NCBI RefSeq assembly: GCF_006345805.1 | Contig: NW_021824511.1 | Span: 1-19,514, forward strand | Length of the DNA: 19,514 nt | Direction of reading: 5' to 3' | Source of the DNA: Octopus sinensis | Taxonomy: Eukaryota | In this document: positions 1 through 9,719 of the stretch, one piece after another | Layout: each line of letters begins with the position of its first letter | How positions within the stretch are numbered: the stretch's first letter is position 1 | Made by a program: the position numbers and the translations under genes | The notes under the pieces: model-generated | What the model saw: only the letters and a program-made list of their open reading frames with translations | The model's database searches: none | What the model was told of the DNA's origin: nothing

Positions 1-73
1 ACGACCAGTACGACTACTACTACTTATACTGCTGCTGCTACAACAACAACAACAACAACAACAACTACTACTA

Positions 74-105
<32 letters not shown>

Positions 106-157
106 TCTATTACTTCTACTACTATAAGTAGTAGTAGTACTACTTATACTGCTGCTG

Positions 158-196
<39 letters not shown>

Positions 197-480
197 ACTA
201 CTGCTTCTACTACTTCTACTATTACCACTACTACTATTTCTACTACTGCTGCTGCTGCATGCTACTACCACTTCTACTACTACTAGTACTACTACTACTT
301 CTACTACACAACAACAACAACAACTACTACTACTACTACTACTACTGCTGCTGCAGCTGCTACTACTTCAATAAACGCTGCAACTACTACGTCAACTTCT
401 ACTATGAACAACAACAACAACAACAACATCTACACCTAATCCACTGCAACCGCCACTACAACAGCAACGCCAATACACAC
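1..480. repeat. Mosaic trinucleotide microsatellite (ACT/GCT/AAC)
   Basis: Alternating runs of (ACT)n, (GCT)n and (AAC)n; explains the polyL/N/Y/C/Q ORF 259..552. Confidence 0.95.
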
Positions 481-859
481 AACACACATAATACGCACAA
501 CACTAACAAACGCGTAATTACTCGTCGTCAGATAGGAAAGAAACGGTATTAGCCGCCAAAAACGAAAAAAAAGTAAAAGAAGACGAAAATAACTAAACAG
601 CAACAACACACATACAAAAAAAAAACACTTAAAAAAAAATGAAAAAGAAAAATCAAAGATGGAAGTGAAGAGAATAAATGGCAACATAAACAGAAAGTTG
701 TAGCAGAAGGTGTCTTTTGATTTCTTGCAAGTTAGTCAATGATTGAAGTTCTATGAATGGCAATCAGAAAATATCAAAATCTGATATCATAATTAATGAA
801 CTTCTAAGAACTGTTGGTTCGTTTGTCGGTTTGTTGGTTTGTTGGTTTGTATGTGTGTG

Positions 860-1189
860 CTTGTGTGTGTGTGTTTGTGTGTGTGTGTTAGTGCGTGTGT
901 GCTATCCATACAATGTTTATTTATTGTATTATACACACACATACACACAGACACACACACATACATCTGATTTGATAAATATTAATGTTATATCTTTTAA
1001 TGCCAGAATTTATTACTGTATATGGAGGTGAGGTGTTGTGTGTGTGTGTGTGTGTGTGAATGTGTATATATATATATATTTATATATGTGTTTATATGTA
1101 TTTTTATATGTATGTATATGCAGGTACACAGTTTAGATATGGCATATATATGTTTACACATGGATATTTACATATATGTATGTATATAT

Positions 1190-1240
<51 letters not shown>

Positions 1241-1370
1241 GCATATATGAATATATGTAATATATGGAACATATGCATATACATGTACATATATAAGCAT
1301 ATAAGTAATATATGCATTTTCATGTTCGTATACACACACGCGCACACATACATATATATATGTAATATAT
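860..1370. repeat. (GT)n/(CA)n/(TA)n/(TATG)n microsatellite field
   Basis: Direct inspection: dinucleotide and tetranucleotide runs with short unique spacers. Confidence 0.9.
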
Positions 1371-1799
1371 GTCATGTATTTATGTATACCAATCTTTTGG
1401 CGAAGGAGGCCAGACTTCTTGTTGATATTTTAATGTGATTGGTTATAGGTCACGTACCCATGACGTTTTGCACCATTTCATCTGCAAATAATGATTATAA
1501 TGATAATTACGTTATTCCAGGCATCTTGAAACAGCTGTCGTGTTATGAAATTACATATTTTCTTACCATAAACTGTATATTTATTCTGCATTTTCTTGCA
1601 CTCCAAGTAATTGTATTTATATCAATCCTAACTGAGCTTATCTCCGTTACTATCTCAATATCAGCTCCATTTGGATTTCTCTTATAACCACTTTTGACTG
1701 CACGTACCTTGCCCTGGACAAAGAATCCGGAGTTAAGTTTAAATCCTTTCTGGTACTACTATGTGTTTTCTATACTTAACATACTCAGCTCCGACCTGA

Positions 1800-1925
1800 T
1801 TTTATGAATATATGTGTGTATACACAGACAACCAGGACACAGACACACAGACACAGACACACACGTATATATGTATGTAGGCCATGTATGTATGTATATA
1901 ACTACGTATGTATGTATATATATAC

Positions 1926-1961
<36 letters not shown>

Positions 1962-2125
1962 ATATATATATATGTTTGTATATATATATATATGTGTTTG
2001 TATATACATATATACATACACAATATATACATAGAGATGCACACTTAAATATATATATCTATACACACATATGTATATACACATACATACATACATACAT
2101 ACATACATACATACATACATACATA
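1800..2125. repeat. (TA)n and (TACA)n microsatellites
   Basis: Long TA run ~1920-1990 and TACA run ~2080-2125. Confidence 0.9.
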
Positions 2126-2471
2126 CAAACACAAAGATGTGTGCTGAAAAGTTTCTGCCTTTAAGGGCATTCACGAAAGGCCTGGCTGAAGGTCTAACCA
2201 TCCGAGTTCGTTTACAGTGCTTAGAAAAGCAGAAGGACGGCTGTAACAAATGTATGAATCTGAGAAATGAATATGAAGAGTAAAATCATAACTGACTGAT
2301 CCTCCTGTAAGAGAGACGTAAGAATTATTACAATTTTATCTGACATTCTAATGAGTCTCCCGATTGGACGCCAACACACGCGCACTCACACACACACGCA
2401 CACATGTATATGCGCGGTGGTAAACGTGTACGTATGTGTATATACACGCATGTACATACGTGTGTACATAT

Positions 2472-2840
<369 letters not shown>

Positions 2841-2922
2841 TATATTTATATGATGTATGTACACACACACATACACACACTCATACACACACACACACAC
2901 ATACACACACACACACACACAC

Positions 2923-3160
2923 AAAAAACCAAAAGACGAAGACAGTTGGTGTAGACAACAAACAGATATATTAGTTTAACGCTCGGGAAGTGGAAAATTC
3001 TTTAACGTTTCGAGACTACGCTCTTCCACAGAAAGAAACAAGGAGAGAAAATAAAGAATGTGTAGTGGCTATCGATCTATCATGGCGAATGCCGGACATA
3101 GGGGCCACACAGGAGAGCTAGGAAGAAGGGGGAGACAATAAAGTAGTGGTGATCCCAATA
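2923..3160 (-). mobile_element. Penelope-like element terminal remnant carrying a hammerhead-like motif
   Basis: Minus strand reads TTCTTT-CTGTGGA-A-GAG-cgtagt-CTC-GAAAC-GTT-AAAGAA followed by a T-rich tail. Assignment to Penelope-like elements is inferred from the known association of minimal hammerheads with PLE pseudo-LTRs; boundaries are approximate. Confidence 0.55.
2998..3037 (-). ncRNA. Minimal type I hammerhead ribozyme-like motif (core variant A6U)
   Basis: Stem I TTCTTT/AAAGAA (6 bp), core CUGUGGA, stem II GAG/CTC, GAAA, palindromic AACGTT helix III (dimer type), putative GUU cleavage triplet. Confidence 0.55.
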
Positions 3161-3166
3161 TATATG

Positions 3167-3234
<68 letters not shown>

Positions 3235-3311
3235 GTATTACCGGAGTAAACACATAAATGTGAAACAAGGTGGAAAAAAGTACTCAAATACCCAGAGGTA
3301 GAGTAATATCG

Positions 3312-3409
3312 CTTTATTTAAAAGCAGCAGAAATTTTACAAAAGATGTTACTCGGAATGTGAACCACCGAGTAACAGCTTTTGTTAATTTCTGCTGCTTT
3401 TAAATAAAG
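3312..3409. repeat. Inverted repeat (44/43-nt arms, 11-nt loop)
   Basis: CTTTATTTAAAAGCAGCAGAAATTTTACAAAAGATGTTACTCGG (3312-3355) vs the reverse complement of 3367-3409: about 3 differences. Loop AATGTGAACCA. Confidence 0.95.
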
Positions 3410-3421
3410 TATATAATATAT

Positions 3422-3467
<46 letters not shown>

Positions 3468-3476
3468 ATATATATA

Positions 3477-3502
<26 letters not shown>

Positions 3503-3507
<5 letters not shown>

Positions 3508-3860
3508 AACGGCAGTTTGTCTGTGTGTTGTGTCTGTGTGTCTGTTAGGTGGACCCTCACCCTGACCACGGCTTTCAACCGATTCTGAAAAACTGACACA
3601 CACATAGCCCAATGTCATAATTCAAAACTAACGCAGCGAAAATTTTGAAAAGTTCTCCCAGTTCTGAAAAAAATCGATAAATTCGACATGGGGTCAAGAA
3701 TCAGAAACACAAACCACAGACTGTCTAGGGGACGCAACTCGACCATCATTTTACCATCATTTTTTTCCCATTTTTTTGCTATTTTTTGGCTATAACTCTC
3801 TAAAAATGCTTTATAGTTATTTCCCTTACAAACCCGAGCAACGCCGGGCGATACTGCTAG
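3503..3860 (+). mobile_element. Non-autonomous Helitron-like element
   Basis: 3' end CCCGAGCAACGCCGGG hairpin (3833-3848), 8-nt spacer, CTAG (3857-3860) followed by T. The 5' end emerges from a TA run as TATATAAACGGCAGTTTGTCTGTG with (TCTG/TG) repeats. The exact 5' boundary is hidden in the TA run. Confidence 0.7.
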
Positions 3861-4326
3861 TATATATTATATAAGTATAATTGTTTGCACGTGTGTATTG
3901 AGTGAGTAATCGGGTACTTTGAAACTATCTCTGGAGTGACGACCGTGCCCAGCATAGTTGCGGCTGACCTTTGGTAAGGCATATTACCCGTTCAGCCACC
4001 TTGCAGTGATAAGACGAAATCACAGGTTTGCAGATTGTTGGATTGTGAAGGGTATCAGAAGAGTTAAACTGAGCCAATGATGCTTTTTACATTGATACTG
4101 AGCCAAGGAAGCCTAGAAGATCAGCAATCAGGATCACCAAGCTGTATCAAAAGAGTAACTGCAATGCATAGGGATGGCTTCCATGGTTGTGTAATCAGCT
4201 AATGAACGATTCATAATGACTCAAGCTCCCAAATCAAATTTATAATAATAGGATTGGATGGAGACATGAGATTCCGCGAAAGCAGCGAAAAAATGTCTAG
4301 GTGCATGGGTGTGCGCGCGGCGCGCG

Positions 4327-4382
<56 letters not shown>

Positions 4383-4409
4383 CATACGTACATACAAATG
4401 CATACACCC

Positions 4410-4454
<45 letters not shown>

Positions 4455-4989
4455 CATACACACACAAAATGAGTTGAAAGCTAAAGTTAGGGTCACAATA
4501 ATCCCTTTAAATCGTTTAAGCTTAATTTTAAACAGAGAATTATAATTCTTTTTTTTTTTTTTACTGAAAAGGAAACCAAAGCTTTTTTCTCCTTCCATCT
4601 TCTTCGTACACCACATAGTTTGAAATTAATTATAAACTAAAAAAAAAGATAAAAAAAAGCGTTGTCTATCGGAACGTTGAACATACAAAGTTCTGTTTAA
4701 CCATTATGTTATCCGATTCTATCGGTTCTTGATAATCGATAAAGCTATCGCCTTGAATGATTTTATTATTTCTTTCGCAACAACTTTAGAAATCGCTAAT
4801 CAACTTTATTCCATCCACCCTATGTCCTTTTCAAGAAATTTTCCAAACTAATTTTCGTACTTGTGACAAACACTCACGACTCTTTGACATTCTTCTCAAC
4901 TTTTTTCCGTTATTAATCTTTGAGAATATTGATTCCTAAATTTCATAGCCATTTTTTTCGGTTTCCTTTTCACAATTCAATTAGTAATT

Positions 4990-5006
4990 TAAACATACAT
5001 ACATAC

Positions 5007-5080
<74 letters not shown>

Positions 5081-5166
5081 TATATATATATAATAATATA
5101 TATATATCTAATATATATTATATAGATATATATATATTATATATGTATGTATATATATGTATGTAG

Positions 5167-5215
<49 letters not shown>

Positions 5216-5240
5216 TGTATGTATGTATGTATGTATGTAT
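4990..5240. repeat. (TA)n/(TATG)n microsatellite
   Basis: Direct inspection. Confidence 0.9.
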
Positions 5241-5280
5241 AGCTTAAATTACTGTATACTTCACATCAATTATATGTTTT

Positions 5281-5436
5281 TGGCTGTGTGGTTAAGAAGC
5301 TCACTTTGCAACCCCGCAGTTTCGGGATGTTCCATTGCGTAGCACTATGAGAAAAGAGACTTCTACTGTACTTCCAGGCTGACCAATGCTTTGTGGATAA
5401 AATCGGTAAGCGGAAACCGTGTTGAAGCCCGTTGTA
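5281..5436 (+). mobile_element. SINE local family A, diverged 5' half
   Basis: TGGCTGTGTGGTTAAGAAGC... to ...GGAAACCGTGTTGAAGCCCGTTG matches the reverse complement of the head of the full copy at 18655-19105. Confidence 0.7.
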
Positions 5437-5479
5437 TATACATGTATACATATCAAGAGCAAAAAGAAATGGTCAATGG

Positions 5480-5702
5480 TCCTTCCCGAGCCCGAGGTTT
5501 GTTTCCCGCATTCTGTGGCGAATATACTACACCCACCCCGGAATGGATGCTAGGATTGTTAAATTTTGCTAGTTGAGTAGACTGGAGCAACGGAAATGAT
5601 GTATTTAGCCTAAGAGCTCAATACGTCGCCCGGTCCATGAATCGAAATTACAATCTTATGATAATGAGTGCAACACCTTAGCCACCAACCCATGTACCTC
5701 CA

Positions 5703-5703
<1 letters not shown>
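5480..5703 (-). mobile_element. tRNA-derived SINE, local family C
   Basis: Minus strand GTGGAGGTACATGGGTTGGTGGCTAAGGTGTTGCACTC...TTTCGATTCATGGACCGGGCG has a tRNA-like head similar to the 7000-7301 head. The central CATTTCCGTTGCTCCAG block is shared with 6730-6775. Confidence 0.7.
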
Positions 5704-5796
<93 letters not shown>

Positions 5797-5799
5797 GCC

Positions 5800-5838
<39 letters not shown>

Positions 5839-5860
5839 ATATCTATATATATATAGCTAG
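5703..5860. repeat. (CTAT)n-(CTGT)n compound tetranucleotide microsatellite
   Basis: Direct inspection. Confidence 0.95.
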
Positions 5861-5888
5861 CTAGCTACATACATCCTCATACGCGCGC

Positions 5889-6100
5889 GTGTCTTCATGG
5901 CTGTGTTCGTCTCCCACCACTATTTGACAACCCGTGTTGGTTTGTTTACGTCCCCGCAGTATAGCGGTTCGGTTAAAGAATAAGTGTCAGACTTTAAAAA
6001 AAATCCCCAAATAAGTACTGCAATTGATTTGTTCGACTAAACCATCAAATGTAATGCTCTCGCATGGCCACAGTCCAGTGAATGAAACAAGGAAAAGAAA
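5889..6100 (+). mobile_element. SINE local family A, 3' half
   Basis: TTGACAACC..GTTTACGTCCCC..GCGGTTCGG..GATTTGTTCGACTAAA..GCATGGCCACAGTC..TGAAACAAG homologous to 6530-6729, 9497-9694 and 18655-18850(-). Confidence 0.85.
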
Positions 6101-6402
6101 GACCAAATATATACCCTAATAGATCATTTCTCCATCCCTTTTGCAGAAGAGCAAGATGTAGATTCTGAAAAGAAAAAATAGCGTTGGTCACGGTGGTGTG
6201 TCGATGTAATCATAGGCTTGTTTGTTCAGAACCGCCATCGAGTTCAACATCACACCACACACACACACACACACACACACACCAACACAAATGATAGTTG
6301 ATAGCAGTTTCTTCATGTTCGAAAATCATGAGGAAGAGCGTCACGCCCTCAATTAGTTACATAAATCGATCATTGATTATTGTAAGGCATTTTGTTTTTG
6401 CC

Positions 6403-6729
6403 TTCGCTTTCCAAACAATATGGTTTCGGGTTCAGTCCCGCTGCGTGGAACCTTGATCAAGTGCCTTCTACTGTTGCGTCGGGCCGTGCATGTTTATGCA
6501 TACACATGTATATATCTATGTGTGTGTCTTTGTGTCCGTGTTTGTCCTCCCATTATCGCTTGACAACCGGTGTCGATATGTTTGCGTCCCCGCAACTTAT
6601 AGGTTCAGTAAAAAGTGAACGATAGAATAAGTTCTAAGATTGAAAAGTAAGTCCTGGAGTCGATTTGCTCGACTAAATCCCTTCAAGGCGGTGCTCCAGC
6701 ATGGCAGCAGTGAAATGACTGAAACAAGT
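6403..6729 (+). mobile_element. SINE local family A with internal deletion
   Basis: B-box-like GGGTTCAGTCCC, then CCTTGATCAAGTGCCTTCTACT (CORE-like), jumps to the internal microsatellite and a complete 3' half ending GGTGCTCCAGCATGGC..TGACTGAAACAAGT. Confidence 0.88.
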
Positions 6730-6935
6730 TGCGTTGTGTTCTCCAGCAAGGCACTTCATTTCACGTTGCTCTGTGATCGTTCCGTCATCTGACATGTGGC
6801 ACAAGTGCACTTGTACTGGTAATGTCGATCTGATGGAGTGAGTGAGCTCATGTGAACACAAGCATTTAATCACAATAAACAAATTATATGTGCGGTTGTC
6901 CGGCAAGAAATTGCCAAGCCCACATGCGTCGTCTA
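6730..6935 (+). mobile_element. 5'-truncated SINE fragment sharing a central block with family C
   Basis: GCGTTGTGTTCTCCAGCAAGGCACTTCATTTCACGTTGCTCT resembles the central block of the 5480-5703(-) element; the downstream sequence differs. 3' boundary approximate. Confidence 0.5.
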
Positions 6936-6999
6936 ACTACAGGAGAGTCCATTATATATATATATATGTGCGCGCGCGTGCGTGTGTGTGTGTGTATGT

Positions 7000-7301
7000 G
7001 GAGGCGCAATGGCTCAGTGGTTAGGGCAGCGGACTCGCGATTGTAGGATCACGGTTTCGATTCCAAGACCGGGCGTTGCGAGTGTTTATTGAGTGAAAAC
7101 ACCTAAAGCTCCACGAGACTCCGGCAGGGGGTGGTGGCGATACCTGCTGTACTCTTTCGCCGTAACTTTCTCTCACTCTTTATTCTGTTGGCCTGCTCGC
7201 TTAGCCAGCAGGGTGGCGTCATTTGAAGGCTAAAACAATGCGAAGCGCATTGTGACCAGCGATGTGTAGCAACATCTGATAGCCTGGTCGGTCACAGTGA
7301 T
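7000..7301 (+). mobile_element. tRNA(Arg-like)-derived SINE, resembling octopus OR1/OR2-type SINEs
   Basis: Canonical A box TGGCTCAGTGG (7010-7020), B-box variant GGTTTCGATTCC (7053-7064), ~230-nt tRNA-unrelated body, ends in a TA run. Family name is from recall and needs a Dfam/Repbase check. Confidence 0.8.
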
Positions 7302-7361
7302 TATATATATATATATGTATTTTATGTATGTATATATATATATTATATATATCTATTTATG

Positions 7362-7395
<34 letters not shown>

Positions 7396-7560
7396 CTATA
7401 TAGATATATTATGTGAAATAGAAAGATGAATAATCTTGTAGTAGATTAATCAAAAGTTTACCCGATACCTTAGTAGCAAAAATCACAGCAGTAAACAGCA
7501 CGTTGGAGGTACAACCATCTGGCGTTGCAACCGTGCGTTGGTGCGGATAATTGAAATTAA

Positions 7561-7821
7561 AACATTATTGGTGAATTGAAGAATGGAGCTGAACGCTGAT
7601 TGAACAGAAATCGTTTTATTCATTTCTACACGTGTTTCGAAAGGCACAAATTACCAAAATCCGATTGAATAATGGGACCATATTGTGAAGAGAAAGACAC
7701 AATATGGTCCCATTATTCAATCGGATTTGGTAATTTGTGCCTTTCGAAACACGTAGAATGAAATAAACGATTTCTGTTCAATCAGCGTTCAGCTCCATTT
7801 CTTCAATTCACCAATAATGTT
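7561..7821. repeat. Long near-perfect inverted repeat (127/124-nt arms, 10-nt loop), probable inverted Penelope-like terminus
   Basis: 7561-7687 is the reverse complement of 7698-7821 except for a few indels in homopolymers and one 2-nt indel. Loop AAGAGAAAGA. Confidence 0.97.
7686..7755 (+). ncRNA. 5'-truncated hammerhead ribozyme-like core at the hairpin apex
   Basis: (G)TGAAGA, stem II GAAAGACACAA (7692-7702) pairing with TTGTGCCTTTC (7735-7745, 10/11 bp, G-C at the base), GAAAC (7746-7750), ACGTA. C3 and the 5' strand of stem I are missing. Confidence 0.5.
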
Positions 7822-7825
7822 ATAT

Positions 7826-7907
<82 letters not shown>

Positions 7908-7928
7908 ATATATGGAATATATTATATA

Positions 7929-7959
<31 letters not shown>

Positions 7960-7962
7960 GTA

Positions 7963-9401
7963 CAGGGGTTGGATAAAATAATAGAAACATATCAAAACAT
8001 ACACTTTATACACACTTTTTCACAAGTTGTGGTGCACCTGAGCACTGTATACAATAATTTCATTATTATTATTATTATTATTATTATATAATTTTGAAAT
8101 ATCTATAAAACCGTCAAAGCTTGTATATTTTCCTGCTTTTTGATTTATTATTAGTGTTGCTTAATATGTTTTGCTAAAATTGATGTTTCTTTTCAGATAT
8201 CATCAGAAAATGTAATTAAAATTCATTAAAATGACAAATCTAGTGAACTTTGAAAGAGGTCAAATTATGGGTGCTCGTATGGCAGGCGCTAGCGTAACGA
8301 AAACAGCCGAAACGTTTGGTGTTTCAAGAAGTACTGTCTCGAAAGTAATGACAGCCTTTGAGAAAGAGGGAAAAACCTTTTCGTCGAAATAAAACTCTGG
8401 AAGAAAACCAAAACTTTCAGATAGGGACTGTCGGACTCTTAAGCAAATAGCCGGATTTCACAAAATGGCTGCAATGAGAAAACCGCTACTTTCAAAAACA
8501 AACGTTACAAAGCGTTTAGAGTGGAGTAAAAACCTACAGAATTGGTTCCTAAGCAGTGGAAGAATGTTATTTTCTCGGACGATTCATCCATTACCTTATT
8601 TCCGAACACTGGCCGAGTATTCGTGTGGAGTCAGCCAAAAGAAGCATTTGACCCAGACTGCCTTCTTCCAAATGTTAAACATGGAGGAGGATCTGTGATG
8701 ATCTATGTGTGTGTGTGTGTACGGGGGCTATATCTTGGAAATCCGCCGGCGTAATGGTTTCCCTTCATGGCAGAATTAATAGTCAAGACTATTTAAGCAT
8801 TTTATTTGATCAAATTCAGCCTATGGTTGCGGAACTGTTTTTGGAGGGAAACATAACCTTTCAGGATGATAACGTACCAATTCACTCAGCTAAAGTTGTT
8901 ACTGAACGGCACGAGAAACATTCTAGTGAAGTTGAACATCTTATCTGGCCACCACAGTCGCCAGATCTCAATGTTATTCAACATTTATGGTGCATTTTAG
9001 CAAAACAAGTAAAGAGTCGATATCTTCCACCGTCATCAATACAAGAACTGGAGACTGTTTTAACTGAAGAATGGACAAAAATTCATTTGGAAATGATTCA
9101 AACTTTGTACGAGTCCATACCTCGTAGAATTCAAGCTGTAATTTCTGCCAAAGGCAGTCATACCTCATATTAAAATTAATTTCAGAGATGTACTCGCATA
9201 GCAAGTGATTTGATCTGAGATCGTATGCTGGAACGAAAACAATTTGTCAAAATATTTTGACAAATTAAACTTAAATGTTGAAGTGAATCGAACGGCTTTT
9301 GTGTGTTTCTTAAATGGCTTACAAACACCTTCCACGCTGCAATTGTTAAAATTAATTTGTTTGAAATTTTAAGGCATTTCCATTATTTCGTTCAACCCCT
9401 G
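7963..9401 (+). mobile_element. Tc1-like DNA transposon, full ends, inactive
   Basis: Left TIR CAGGGGTTGGATAAAATAATAGAAA and right TIR (rev. comp.) CAGGGGTTGAACGAAATAATGGAAA match at 21/25. Flanked by TA at 7961-7962 and 9402-9403. Contains a transposase pseudogene. Confidence 0.97.
8231..9173 (+). pseudogene. Tc1/mariner transposase pseudogene (DD36E spacing, E mutated to Q)
   Basis: MTNLVNFERGQIMGARMAGASVTKTAETFGVSRSTVSKV (HTH), GRKPKLS, WKNVIFSDDS, KHGGGSVMI, FQDDN, WPPQSPDLNVIQHLW, YESIPRRIQAVISAKG. Lesions: stop TAA 8390-8392, -1 frameshift near 8550, (GT)n insertion 8705-8722, probable in-frame deletion near 8450. Confidence 0.95.
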
Positions 9402-9408
9402 TATACAC

Positions 9409-9457
<49 letters not shown>

Positions 9458-9496
9458 TATATACATACATATATGTATTTTTACATGAATATGTAT

Positions 9497-9694
9497 TTGT
9501 GTGTTTGTCCCTCATCACCGATTGACAAACGGTGTTGGTGTGTTTACGCCCCCATAAATTAGTGGTTCGGCAAAAAGACACAATAAAGTACCAGGTTTTA
9601 AACTGTGTACTGGATTTGTCCTATTTGTTCGACTTAACTCTTCACAATTGTGCTCCTGCATGGCCGTAGTCCATTAAGTGAAACAAGTAAAAGA
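9497..9694 (+). mobile_element. SINE local family A, 3' half
   Basis: TTGACAAACGGTGTTGGTGTGTTTACGCCCCC..GGTTCGGCAAAAAGAC..GCATGGCCGTAGTC..TGAAACAAGTAAAAGA. Confidence 0.85.
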
Positions 9695-9719
9695 TGAAAA
9701 ATAAATTGTAAACAACATG

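Noticed and set aside
259-552. 97-aa ORF with polyL/N/Y/C/Q
   Set aside because: Translation of trinucleotide microsatellites; no domain signal.
2126-2283. Protein-like tail MCAEKFLPLRAFTKGLAEGLTIRVRLQCLEKQKDGCNKCMNLRNEYEE
   Set aside because: No recognisable family and no convincing acceptor site; too short to call.
6145-6181. Acceptor-like CCCTTTTGCAG followed by EQDVDSEKKK-stop
   Set aside because: A single splice site with 11 codons is expected by chance; no linked upstream exon.
7000-7075. tRNA-like sequence with A and B boxes
   Set aside because: Acceptor and anticodon stems do not pair as a tRNA, and it runs into a SINE body; reported as a SINE instead.
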